Below are positions 51,350 through 64,000 of a stretch of DNA of 64,000 nt, piece after piece. A program made the translations under genes and the position numbers. How positions within the stretch are numbered: the first letter of the stretch is position 1; each line of letters starts with the position of its first letter. This DNA is from Eledone cirrhosa (lineage: Eukaryota), in NCBI GenBank assembly GCA_964016885.1, contig OZ024755.1:17918001-17982000 (forward strand), in the 5' to 3' direction. Below the pieces are notes generated by a model. It was not told the DNA's origin. It saw only the letters and a list, made by a program, of their open reading frames with translations, and did not search any database.

Positions 51350-52635
51350 CAGTCCAGCAACATTATTGACTTGCTTCTTTCGCCCTCATACCTGATACTG
51401 ACCAGCTTTAGTTGGCCGTACGACATCCTATGGTACGTATACGCTATAAAACTGCTTCTTTGGCCATAGGAGATACTATGTGAAGTATATGCTTCTCTCG
51501 CCCTCTAAGCTTGTAGTGACTAGGGTTCAGCTGGCCGTAGGAAATACGCTGGGAAGTATGCATTCTAAAACTGCTTCTTTCAGCCTCTGACCACAGATTA
51601 TCGTACGAGAAGTTTACTCCCTTAAAGTGCTTCAATCGCCATCACGACATTGACCAGGGTTTAGCTGGCTGTAGAGGTTCCTACGAGATGTTTACACCCT
51701 CTAAACAGGCACTGATCATGGTTTAGCTGGCCGTAGAGGATCCCACGAGAAGTATACGGCCTTAAACTGCTTATTTCACCATCTAACTTGGCATTGACCA
51801 AGCTTTTGCTGGCCGTAGCGGATCGTACGAGATATTTACGCCCTTAAAGTGCTTCAATCGCCCGCTCTGTGGAGACGGGTGGTTTAGCTGGCTGTAGAGG
51901 ATCCTACGAGATGTTTAGGCACTGATTATGGTTTAGCTGGCCGTAGAGAGTCCCACGAGAAGTATACGGCCTTAAACTGCTTATTTCACCATCTAACTTG
52001 GCATTGACCAAGGTTTAGAGGATCGTACGAGATGTTTACGTGCTTCAATCGCCCGCTCTGTGGAGACGGGTAGTTTAGCTGGCTGTAGAGGATCCTACGA
52101 GATGTTTACGCCCTCTAAGTAGGCACTGATTATGGTTTAAGTGATCGTACGAGATGTTTACAGGCACTGATCATGGTTTAGCTGGCTGTAGAGGATGTTT
52201 ACGCCCTCTAAGTAGGCACTGGTTATGGTTTAGCTGATCGTACGAGATGTTTACGCCCTCTAAACAGGCACTGATCATGGTTTAGCTGGCCGTAGAGGAT
52301 CCCACGAGAAGTATACGGCCTTAAACTGCTTATTTCACCATCTAACTTGGCATTGACTAAGGTTTAGCTGGCCGTAGAGTATCGTACGAGATGTTTACGC
52401 CCTTAAAGTGCTTCACTCGCCCGCTTTGTGGAGACGGGTGGTTTAGCTGGCTGTAGAGGATCCTACGAGATGTTTACGCCCTCTAAGTAGGCACTCATTA
52501 TGGTTTAGCTGATCGTACGAGATGTTTACGCCCTCTAAACAGGCACTGATCATGGTTTAGCTGGCCGTAGAGGATTTCCACGAGAAGTATACGGCCTTAA
52601 ACTGCTTATTTCACCTTCTCACCTGGAATTGACCA
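51350..52635 (-). repeat. Complex ~50-85 bp satellite (ggtttagctggccgtagaggatcc..cgagaagtatacggccttaaactgct)
   Basis: Recurrent sub-units with block duplications; second copy at 61410-62682. Confidence 0.85.
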
Positions 52636-53355
52636 ACTATGGAGGAGGGTGGTTTTGGTGTGCCATGTAGGTATACTTCAATGGTTCTAACTGTTTACTA
52701 TGAGTGGCAGATTGACAATCAACTGCACACACATGTAAAGTGGAACAGGCATAAGCAATAACATTATCATATCTGGATTGCTTTGGAAACGTAAGATAAT
52801 GTAGCATGATCAATCGATCACGTAACAGTTAACACCATTGAAATACAACACTACGTGTAGATGTTGCAGTAGCTAAACAAAACTATCGTTTCAATAATTA
52901 TTGCTGACGTTTATGGAAGTAAATAAACATAAAACTGTTCAACATAAAATAAAACTTTACTTTACCTCCTTATAAATAGTAAAATCCAAGTTTTTAACGT
53001 TTTTCATTCGGGTTGGAAAAAAAAGGAAATTGTTCCAGATGCCATTTTGTTTTTGCGAAACAGAATTAGGCCAATTACGCATGCGCAAAAAAGTAGACAT
53101 CAGTACGCATGTGCAAAAAAGTAGACACCAGTGCGCATGCGCAAAGTATTTAAAGCCATTGCGACTTCACGATCGTGAGTTCAATTCTTTTAGATTGTAT
53201 ACTTCCCATTTTATATATAGTATATATATATATTTATATAAATAATTACTATATATATTAATACGTACATATATATGTATTTATACACATATATATAAAT
53301 TATTTGTATATGAATAAATATGTATATATATTATATACATACATATTTATTTCTA

Positions 53356-53420
53356 CTAGCTAAACTACCTGTCCTTTGGACGGTTCATGTAGCTCATTAA
53401 AGTAAATTTGAATGCATACT
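53356..53420 (-). mobile_element. Helitron-like 3' terminus
   Basis: Minus strand: gtcc-aaa-ggac hairpin, then aggtagtttagCTAG|T; repeated at 63377. Confidence 0.55.
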
Positions 53421-53877
53421 AGAAAAACGTACTTTATGTAAACATGAAAACCTTAGACACTATTCCAGCGAAATGATATTGTTATTATCTTTGTTTCAAG
53501 TAGTATAAATTGCTGGTTGTGAAGTTATTATCTTTGTTTCAAGTCGAAGGTTATAGATTGCTGGTTGTGAAATATACGAAATGATATTGTTATTATCTTT
53601 GTTCAAGTAGAAAGAGTAAATTAAAACCCGACTGACGCTAATTACGAAAGATAATTCTTGATTAGGAAACATAACTCTTGTGTTACTTAATCACGAAAAT
53701 CCACACAGTCTAATTACATCATTATTCACTAATCGGTGTGTTGTATATGTCACCTTGATTAATCAACATGTTTACCATAAGTATATATATAGGCCCCCAA
53801 TGGCCTATATACACTGCCCCTTTTCCTCTAACCAGCATCTATTACTTCCCTTTATCCACACACAGGTACAACATTGA

Positions 53878-54737
53878 TGCACCACATTATTATCTTTGTT
53901 TCTATTACTTCCCTCTATCCACACACAGATACAACATAGCAGCCAACACACTCAAGTGTAAAAGAAAAAAAATCTTATTTCATATTGTTCCAGTAGTTAG
54001 GGAGTAAATCCCGCGATAGATCGCTATCCTATCAAGGGAGAATCTTGTACTCTGAGACACTTAACAAGGAAACCTAATTATAAACTTAGAACAAACTTTA
54101 TATATACTAATTTTTTCAATTTACAGAAACATGTATATTAACTTACATATTAATTGTTCGGCATATATCTACTAAATGCTAATAGTTTTTTAATTAATTT
54201 ATATATAGAAACGGAATGAGAGTAAGGTAACACATAATATATGTTGAGGCGTGTTATCTAGCTTTCTTTCTGCTTCTATATTAAACAAACAACAAAAAAA
54301 AATTTTAGATTTAAGTATGACTAATTTATAGAGTATTATTGTGTTGACGCACGTAGCGGTTCGGACTTCATCGCCTACTTATGTATGGCGTGGCCATTCT
54401 ATGTGTCGGAAATCAAATCGCGGCCTCAGCAGCCGGAACAATTTGCAAGATTGCTTTATGCTAGCATGCGTCCTGGACTGCGTGAGCAATTATTTTTGCT
54501 TTCCCTTTATTTAGAGTTACCTCCTCTTTATTGAACTATTCTCTTTTTTTTATTGACTTCCGGTTCTTTGAAAAAATTCATTTTGGATATTACTTTCCTT
54601 ATGTATGGAGGTACGTAATGTTTTCTTTGCTCGAACTATCTTACACTTTATGTCAATAACTCTCACATTTTGGATATTGTGTTTATGTGGCTTTCTGGAA
54701 CATCTTCACCCACTAGACACATGTTTTCTTTTAAATA
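53878..54737 (+). repeat. ~860-bp extra partial repeat at the junction of the large duplication
   Basis: accacattattatctttg...tagcagccaacac...family B occurs at 53881 and again at 54739. Confidence 0.9.
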
Positions 54738-56059
54738 AACCACATTATTATCTTTGTTTCTATTACTTCCCTCTATCCACACACAGATACAACATAGCAG
54801 CCAACACACTCAAGTGTAAAAGAAAAAAACCTTATTTCATATTGTTCCAGTAGTTAGGGAGTAAATCCCGCGATTGATCGCTATCCTATCAAGGGAGAGT
54901 CTTGTACTCTGAGACACTTAACAAAAAAACCCAATGATAAACTTAGAACAAACTTTATATATACTAATTTTTTCAATTTACAGAAACAAGTATATTAACT
55001 TACATATTAATTGTTCGGCATATATCTACTAAATACTAATAGTTTTTAAATTAATTTATATATAGAAACGGAATGAGAGTGAGGTAACACATAATATATG
55101 TTGAGGCGTGTTATCTAGCTTTCTTTCTGCTTCTATATTAAACAAACAAAAAAAAATTTTTTTAGATTTAAGTATGACTAATTTATAGAGTATTATTGTG
55201 TTGACGCACGTAGCGGTTCGGACTTCATCGCCTACTTATGTATGGCGTGGCCATTCTATGTGTCGGAAGATCAAATCGCGGCCGCCGGAACTATTTGCAA
55301 GATTGCTTTATACTAGCATGCATCCTGGACTGCGTGAGCAATTATTTTTGCTTTCCCTTTATTTAGAGTTACCTCCTCTTTATGGAACTCTTCTCTTTTT
55401 TTTATTGACTTCCGGTTCTTTGAAAAGAATTCATTTTGGATATTACTTTCCTTATGTATGGAGGTTATGGAGGTACGTAATGTTTTCTTTGCTCGAACTA
55501 TCTTACACTTTATGTCAATAACTCTCACATTTTGGATATTGTGTTCACGTGAAGAGGTATTTTATGTGGCTTTCTGGAACATCTTCACCCACTAGACACA
55601 TGTTTTCTTTTAAATTAAAAAAACTACACATTATAAACATCATTCTGTAGATATTTCTTTATTGAATACATAGTAAACCTTGTCAACACTAGCAGATATT
55701 CTTGAGACACAAAAATAGGTTTTACTATCTTCTCTTTTTGCTATATACTGTCTACTAAGAAAAATATATAAACCTTCTCTATATACAGCTACATTTTTAT
55801 TATCTTTATTTCTTTCATACCCAATGAAGCATGGCAGCTTCATTTCTCGCACCCATTTATTATCTTGTACGTAGAAAGTAACCTTTTGTTGTCCAACTAT
55901 TGCTACTGTGTGATTTGGAGCAACGTGAAATAAAGTGTCTTGCTCAAGAACACCACTCAAGAACACCACCGGTCTGAGAATCGAACTCACGATTGTAAAG
56001 TCCGACGACTTAAGTTTTGAACGAATTTGTTTTCGATATCATCATCGTAATCAAAGATT

Positions 56060-57590
56060 AACTGTTGATCAGTGTTAACTAGATCGATATCACTTTAACC
56101 CACGTAACATAGAACCATTTACATTCTTCTTACGATTCTTTGATCCCTTTTAACAATTAACTGTTAATCAGATCGATATCACATCAACCCACGTAACATA
56201 GAACCATTTACATTCTTAGTTCCTTTTCAACACTTAACTGTTAGTTAGTGTTAACTAGATCGATATCACATTTACCTACGTAACATAGAACCTTTACATT
56301 CTTAGTTTCTTTGTTTCTTTTCAACACTTAACTGTTAGTTAGTGTTAACTAGATCGATATCACATTTACCTACGTAACATAGAACCTTTACATTCTTAGT
56401 TTCTTTGTTCCTTTTCAACACTTAACTGTTAGTTAGTGTTAACTAGATCGATATCACATTTACCTACGTAACATAGAACCTTTACATTCTTAGTTTCTTT
56501 GTTCCTTTTCAACACTTAACTGTTAGTTAGTGTTAACTAGATCGATATCACATTTACCTACGTAACATAGAACCTTTACATTCTTAGTTTCTTTTCAACA
56601 CTTGACTGTTGATTAGTGTTAACTAGATCGACGTAACATAGAACCATTTACATTCTTTGTTCCTTTTCAACACTTAACTGTTAGTTAGTGTTAACTAGAT
56701 CGATATCACATTTACCCACGTAACATAGAACTTTTACATTCTTTGTTCCTTTTCAACACTTAACTATTAGTTAGTGTTAACTAGATCGATATCACATTAA
56801 CCCACGTAACATAGAACCTTTACATTCTTAGTTTCTTTGTTCCTTTTCAACACTTAACTGTTAGTTAGTGTTAACTAGATCGATATCACATTTACCTACG
56901 TAACATAGAACCTTTACATTCTTAGTTTCTTTGTTCCTTTTCAACACTTAACTGTTAGTTAGTGTTAACTAGATCGATATCACATTTACCTACGTAACAT
57001 AGAACCTTTACATTCTTAGTTTCTTTGTTCCTTTTCAACACTTAACTGTTAGTTAGTGTTAACTAGATCGATATCACATTTACCTACGTAACATAGAACC
57101 TTTACATTCTTAGTTTCTTTGTTCCTTTTCAACACTTAACTGTTAGTTAGTGTTAGCTAGATCGATATCACATTTACCTACGTAACATAGAACCTTTACA
57201 TTCTTAGTTTCTTTGTTCCTTTTCAACACTTAACTGTTAGTTAGTGTTAACTAGATCGATATCACATTTACCTACGTAACATAGAACCTTTACATTCTTA
57301 GTTTCTTTGTTCCTTTTCAACACTTAACTGTTAGTTAGTGTTAACTAGATCGATATCACATTTACCTACGTAACATAGAACCTTTACATTCTTAGTTTCT
57401 TTGTTCCTTTTCAACACTTAACTGTTAGTTAGTGTTAACTAGATCGATATCACATTTACCCACGTAACATAGAACCTTTACATTCTTTGTTCCTTTTCAA
57501 CACTTAACTATTAGTTAGTGTTAACTAGATCGATATCACATTAACCCACGTAACATAAAACCTTTACTTTTTAAGTTCCTTTTCAACACT
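56060..57590. repeat. 86/94-bp satellite array, copy 2 (~16-17 units, mostly 94-bp 'cctacg' variant)
   Basis: Same unit as 45710-48100 with a different dominant variant. Confidence 0.95.
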
Positions 57591-58399
57591 TTATTTACAT
57601 TCTTAGTTTCTTTTTTCGTCATTGACATTCCTAAAAGACAACTAAGAATGTAAATGAAGTTTCTTTCTTTAATTGTTGTTGTTTTTTTAGATAATCAAAT
57701 CGATATCGCTTTAACTGTTAATCTACGTAACTAATAACCATTTACATTCTTTCTTTAAGAAAATTCATATACATTTTTAGTTGCCTCTATTTAAATATAT
57801 ATATAAGAAAAGACAAAATCGGATGAATTTTATAAAGTTTAATATTCTTTTTATTGATAACGTATGTAAATGACTTTCATTTCTTTTTACAGATGTCCAG
57901 CCTTCAAGTTCATATGCTGTGTTGTTTGGCGTAGTTTCTGTTAATAAAGAAAATTTACATGTTGATTCCGTCATAAATGAATAAAGAAAATGTACATAAT
58001 ATATACGAATTGTATTCCATTTATTTTGCCATAAACGAATAAAGAAAATTTACATATCATATACGAATTGTATTCCATTTATTTTGCCATAAACGAATAA
58101 AGAAAATTTACATATCATATACGAATTGTATTCCATTTATTTTGCCATAAACGAATAAAGAAAATTTACATATTATATACGAATTGAATTCTGTTTATTT
58201 TGCCAAAAATGAATCAAGAAACCGAGTAAAACGTACTATAAAGAACGTAAAGTGTATATGAAGTTTCTAAATAAAGAAGCTAAGAATGTTTTTTTTTCTC
58301 CACATCAGATGATACTCATGCCTGGATCGAGGAACTGATGTTGCTCAAGCGAAGTAAAAAAAAATAAGAAAGGGCTCCCTCTGCGAATGAACTGAAGAG

Positions 58400-58499
58400 T
58401 CAAGGGAGGTAACTCTTCCTTAGTAAGAGTTATCCCCCTTTAAATTTTTTTTTTTAAAAAGGGACATAACTCTTACTTTTGAAGAGTTACCTCCCTTGA
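58400..58499. other. 100-bp version of the nested palindrome (four motifs, central hairpin absent)
   Basis: Same 19-bp termini as 48817-48960. Confidence 0.9.
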
Positions 58500-58633
58500 T
58501 TAGTGTTTTAAATAGAAACTAAGAATGTAGATGAAGTGTCTATAAAGAATCTAAATGAAGTGTCTAAAAAGAATCTAAATGAAGTGTCTATAAAGAATCT
58601 AAATGAAGTGTCTATAAAGAATCTAAATGAAAC

Positions 58634-60905
58634 TATATGAAATGTGTGTTTTTGAAAAGTCGAAAAAAAATTCTATATGAAATGAGTGTTTTTGAAAAGT
58701 CGAAAAAAAATTCTATATGAAATGAGTGTTTTTGAAAAGTCGAAAAAAAATTCTATATGAAATGTGTGTTTTTGAAAAGTCGAAAAAAAATTCTATATGA
58801 AATGTGTGTTTTTGAAAAGTCGAAAAAAAATTCTATATGAAATGTGTGTTTTTGAAAAGTCGAAAAAAAATTCTATATGAAATGAATGTTTTTGAAAAGT
58901 CGAAAAAAAATTCTACATGAAATGTGTGTTTTTGAAAAGTCGAAAAAAATTTCTATATGAAATGAGTGTTTTTGAAAAGTCGAAAAAAATTTCTATATGA
59001 AATGAGTGTTTTTGAAAAGTCGAAAAAAATTTCTATATGAAATATGTGTTTATGAAAAGTCGAAAAAAAATTCCATATGAAATGTGTGTTTTTGAAAAGT
59101 CGAAAAAAAATTCCATATGAAATGTGTGTTTTTGAAAAGTCGAAAAAAAATTCCATATGAAATGAGTGTTTTTGAAAAGTCGAAAAAAAATTCTATATGA
59201 AATGAGTGTTTTTGAAAAGTCGAAAAAAAATTCTATATGAAATGTGTGTTTTTGAAAAGTCGAAAAAAAATTCTATATGAAATGTGTGTTTTTGAAAAGT
59301 CGAAAAAAAATTCTATATGAAATGTGTGTTTTTGAAAAGTCGAAAAAAAATTCTATATGAAATGAGTGTTTTTGAAAAGTCGAAAAAAAATTCTATATGA
59401 AATGTGTGTTTTTGAAAAGTCGAAAAAAAATTCTATATGAAATGTGTTTTTGAAAAGTCGAAAAAAAATTCTATATGAAATGAGTGTTTTTGAAAAGTCA
59501 AAAAAAAATTCTATATGAAATGTGTGTTTTTGAAAAGTCGAAAAAAAATTCTATATGAAATGAGTGTTTTTGAAAGGTCGAAAAAAAATTCTATATGAAA
59601 TGTGTGTTTTTGAAAAGTCGAAAAAAAATTCTATATGAAATGTGTGTTTTTGAAAAGTCGAAAAAAAATTCTATATGAAATGAGTGTTTTTGAAAAGTCG
59701 AAAAAAAATTCTATATGAAATGTGTGTTTTTGAAACGTCGAAAAAAAATTCTATATGAAATGTGTGTTTTTGAAACGTCGAAAAAAAATTCTATATGAAA
59801 TGAGTGTTGTCGAAAAAAAATTCTATATGAAATGAGTGTTTTTGAAAAGTCGAAAAAAAATTCCATATGAAATGAGTGTTTTTGAAAGGTCGAAAAAAAA
59901 TTCTATATGAAATGTGTGTTTTTGAAAAGTCGAAAAAAAATTCCATATGAATTGTGTGTTTTTGAAAAGTCGAAAAAAAATTCTATATGAAATGTGTGTT
60001 TTTGAAAAGTCGAAAAAAAATTCTATATGAAATGAGTGTTTTTGAAAAGTCGGAAAAAAATTCTATATGAAATGTGTGTTTTTGAAAAGTCGAAAAAAAA
60101 TTCTATATGAAATGTGTGTTTTTGAAAAGTCGAAAAAAAATTCTATATGAAATGAGTGTTTTTGAAAAGTCGGAAAAAAATTCTATATGAAATGTGTGTT
60201 TTTGAAAAGTCGAAAAAAATTTCTATATGAAATGAGTGTTTTTGAAAAGTCGAAAAAAATTTCTATATGAAATGAGTGTTTTTGAAAGGTCGAAAAAAAT
60301 TTCTATATGAAATGTGTGTTTTTGAAAAGTCGAAAAAAAATTCTATATGAAATGTGTGTTTTTGAAAAGTCGAAAAAAAATTCTATATGAAATGAGTGTT
60401 TTTGAAAAGTCGAAAAAAAATTCTATATGAAATGTGTGTTTTTGAAACGTCGAAAAAAAATTCTATATGAAATGTGTGTTTTTGAAAAGTCGAAAAAAAA
60501 TTCTATATGAAATGAGTGTTGTCGAAAAAAAATTCTATATGAAATGAGTGTTTTTGAAAAGTCGAAAAAAAATTCCATATGAAATGAGTGTTTTTGAAAG
60601 GTCGAAAAAAAATTCTATATGAAATGTGTGTTTTTGAAAAGTCGAAAAAAAATTCCATATGAATTGTGTGTTTTTGAAAAGTCGAAAAAAAATTCTATAT
60701 GAAATGTGTGTTTTTGAAAAGTCGAAAAAAAATTCTATATGAAATGAGTGTTTTTGAAAAGTCGGAAAAAAATTCTATATGAAATGTGTGTTTTTGAAAA
60801 GTCGAAAAAAAATTCTATATGAAATGTGTGTTTTTGAAAAGTCGAAAAAAAATTCTATATGAAATGAGTGTTTTTGAAAAGTCGAAAAAAAACTCTATAT
60901 GAAAT
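58634..60905. repeat. 40-bp A-tract satellite, copy 2 (~57 units)
   Basis: Same unit; contains a repeated run of variants offset by 712 bp. Confidence 0.95.
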
Positions 60906-63900
60906 TTGTTTTCTTTCAAACAACCGGAAGTCAATCGAAAAAAGAGTTAAATAAAGGGAGATAATTCTAACATTTTTTAGCAAAAGGGGGTAAGGCGGAT
61001 TCTCATCGTGGTCTAGGACGCAGGCCAGCATATAGCCAGCCTGCAAACATCCCAGCCGCCGTAGCCACGTGCACACCACAACGATTCGAACTTGGGATAC
61101 ATAGTATGGAAACGACACATACATACGTAGCCGACGACGTCCGAGCCGTTGCGCGCATCGCCACGCACAAGCCGCAATTCTACTAAGTAAAATAGATATA
61201 TTTATAGGTACAATTTTATTTACTTTTTTTAAAAAAAATATAGAAACGGAAAGGGAGATAACACGTCTCAAAATATATTCCGTATGTTATCTCACTCATT
61301 CCGTTTCTATATATAAAGTAATTTTGAACGTATATACGGAACAATTTTTATGGAAATAAATATACTTATGTCAAGCTGGTAACATATATATTACCTCCGT
61401 TTAGACGGCAGTCCAGCAACATTATTGACTTGCTTCTTTCGCCCTCATACCTGATACTGACCAGCTTTAGTTGGCCGTACGACATCCTATGGTACGTATA
61501 CGCTATAAAACTGCTTCTTTGGCCATAGGAGATACTATGTGAAGTATATGCTTCTCTCGCCCTCTAAGCTTGTAGTGACTAGGGTTCAGCTGGCCGTAGG
61601 AAATACGCTGGGAAGTATGCATTCTAAAACTGCTTCTTTCAGCCTCTGACCACAGAGAAGTTTACTCCCTTAAAGTGCTTCAATCGCCATCACGACATTG
61701 ACCAGGGTTTAGCTGGCTGTAGAGGTTCCTACGAGATGTTTACACCCTCTAAACAGGCACTGATCATGGTTTAGCTGGCCGTAGAGGATCCCACGAGAAG
61801 TATACGGCCTTAAACTGCTTATTTCACCATCTAACTTGGCATTGACCAAGCTTTTGCTGGCCGTAGCGGATCGTACGAGATATTTACGCCCTTAAAGTGC
61901 TTCAATCGCCCGCTCTGTGGAGACGGGTGGTTTAGCTGGCTGTAGAGGATCCTACAAGATGTTTAGGCACTGATTATGGTTTAGCTGGCCGTAGAGAGTC
62001 CCACGAGAAGTATACGGCCTTAAACTGCTTATTTCACCATCTAACTTGGCATTGACCAAGGTTTAGAGGATCGTACGAGATGTTTACGTGCTTCAATCGC
62101 CCGCTCTGTGGAGACGGGTAGTTTAGCTGGCTGTAGAGGATCCTACGAGATGTTTACGCCCTCTAAGTAGGCACTGATTATGGTTTAAGTGATCGTACGA
62201 GATGTTTACAGGCACTGATCATGGTTTAGCTGGCTGTAGAGGATGTTTACGCCCTCTAAGTAGGCACTGGTTATGGTTTAGCTGATCGTACGAGATGTTT
62301 ACGCCCTCTAAACAGGCACTGATCATGGTTTAGCTGGCCGTAGAGGATCCCACGAGAAGTATACGGCCTTAAACTGCTTATTTCACCATCTAACTTGGCA
62401 TTGACTAAGGTTTAGCTGGCCGTAGAGTATCGTACGAGATGTTTACGCCCTTAAAGTGCTTCACTCGCCCGCTCTGTGGAGACGGGTGGTTTAGCTGGCT
62501 GTAGAGGATCCTACGAGATGTTTACGCCCTCTAAGTAGGCACTGATTATCGTTTAGCTGATCGTACGAGATGTTTACGCCCTCTAAACAGGCACTGATCA
62601 TGGTTTAGCTGGCCGTAGAGGATCCCACGAGAAGTATACGTCCTTAAACTGCTTCAATCACCCTCTCACCTGGAATTGACCAACTATGGAGGAGGGTGGT
62701 TTTGGTGTACCATGTAGGTATACTTCAATGGTTCTAACTGTTTACTATGAGTGGCAGATTGACAATTAACTGCACACACATGTAAAGTGGAACAGGCATA
62801 AGCAATAACATTATCATATCTGGATTGCTTTGGAAACGTAAGATAATGTAGCATGATCAATCTATCACGTAACAATGAGCGCCTTTGAAATACAACACTA
62901 CGTGGAGATGTTGCAGTAGCTAAACAAAACCATCGTTTCAATAATTATTGCTGACGTTTATGGAAGTAAATAAACATAAAACTGTTCAACATAAAATAAA
63001 ACTTTACTTTACCTCCTTATAAATAGTAAAATCCAAGTTTTTAACGTTTTTCATTCGGGTTGGAAAAAAAAAGAAATTGTTCCAGATGCCATTTTGTTTT
63101 TGCGAAACAGAATTAGGCCAATTACGCATGCGCAAAAAAGTAGACATCAGTACGCATGTGCAAAAAAGTAGATACCAGTGCGCATGCGCAAAGTATTTAA
63201 AGCCATTGCGACTTCACGATCGTGAGTTCAATTCTTTTAGATTGTATACTTCCCATTTTATATATAGTATATATATATTAATACGTACATATATATGTAT
63301 TTATACACATATATATAAATTATTTGTATATGAATAAATATGTATATATATTATATACATACATATTTATTATATACTAGCTAAACTACCTGTCCTTTGA
63401 ACGGTTCATGTAGCTCATTAAAGTAAATTTGAATGCATAGAAGAAAAACGTACTTTATGTAAACATGAAAACCTTAGGCACTATTCCAGCGAAATGATAT
63501 TGTTATTATCTTTGTTTCAAGTAGTATAAATTGCTGGTTGTGAAGTTATTATCTTTGTTTCAAGTAGAAGGTTATAGATTGCTGGTTGTGAAATATACGA
63601 AATGATATTGTTATTATCTTTGTTCAAGTAGAAAGAGTAAATTAAAACCCGACTGACGCTAATTACGAAAGATAATTCTTGATTAGGAAACATAACTCTT
63701 GTGTTACTTAATCACGAAAATCCACACAATCTAATTACATCATTATTCACTAATCGGTGTGTTGTATATGTCACCTTGATTAATCAACATGTTTACCATA
63801 AGTATATATATATAGGCCCCCAATGGCCTATATACACTGCCCCTTTTCCTCTAACCAGCATCTATTACTTCCCTTTATTGATGCACCACATTAACTTTGT

Positions 63901-64000
63901 TTCTATTACTTCCCTTTATCCAAGTCCAACGTGAGAGGACATTTTCAAAGCTAAAGATCATAATGACAAGGGGTCTTAAAGTCAACTTAACAAAAACTAA

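Larger units (their letters stand above)
44458..53935 (+). repeat. Copy 1 of a ~9.5 kb tandemly duplicated segment
   Basis: Colinear and near-identical with 54796-63922 (e.g. duplicated ORFs 48285/57777, 50796/60855, 53030/63077). Confidence 0.95.
54796..63922 (+). repeat. Copy 2 of the ~9.5 kb duplicated segment
   Basis: Same module order as copy 1; similarity ends near ...ttctattacttccctttatcca at ~63922. Confidence 0.95.

Overview
AT-rich, repeat-dense eukaryotic DNA. The SINE families, compound (TA)/(CA) microsatellites and (CAT)n-tailed elements look like an octopod cephalopod genome; this is recognition from memory, not a database result. One spliced host gene is supportable. It has 4 exons on the + strand (17726 or 17960-18038, 30478-30583, 33560-33716, 36622-36771) with canonical, phase-compatible GT-AG junctions. 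It encodes a 163-241 aa secreted or type II membrane glycoprotein with 6 Cys that I do not recognise. The rest is transposon debris: tRNA-derived SINEs, RTE-LINE 3' ends, a dead DD37D/maT transposase, a Helitron with both termini and nested inserts, and hAT, mariner and piggyBac-like MITEs. Three patterns stand out. (1) Hammerhead-ribozyme motifs are present: one looks intact and lies sense in intron 1, and several zero-spacer palindromes appear centred on hammerhead stem II, which suggests cDNA snap-back. (2) A ~8.7 kb foldback-like composite (43.9-52.6 kb) has diverged inverted arms, a central nested palindrome and four satellites that share motifs. (3) Most of that composite is tandemly duplicated (~10.3 kb period), with the satellite arrays homogenised separately in each copy. 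Nearly all ORFs in the supplied track are microsatellite or repeat artefacts.
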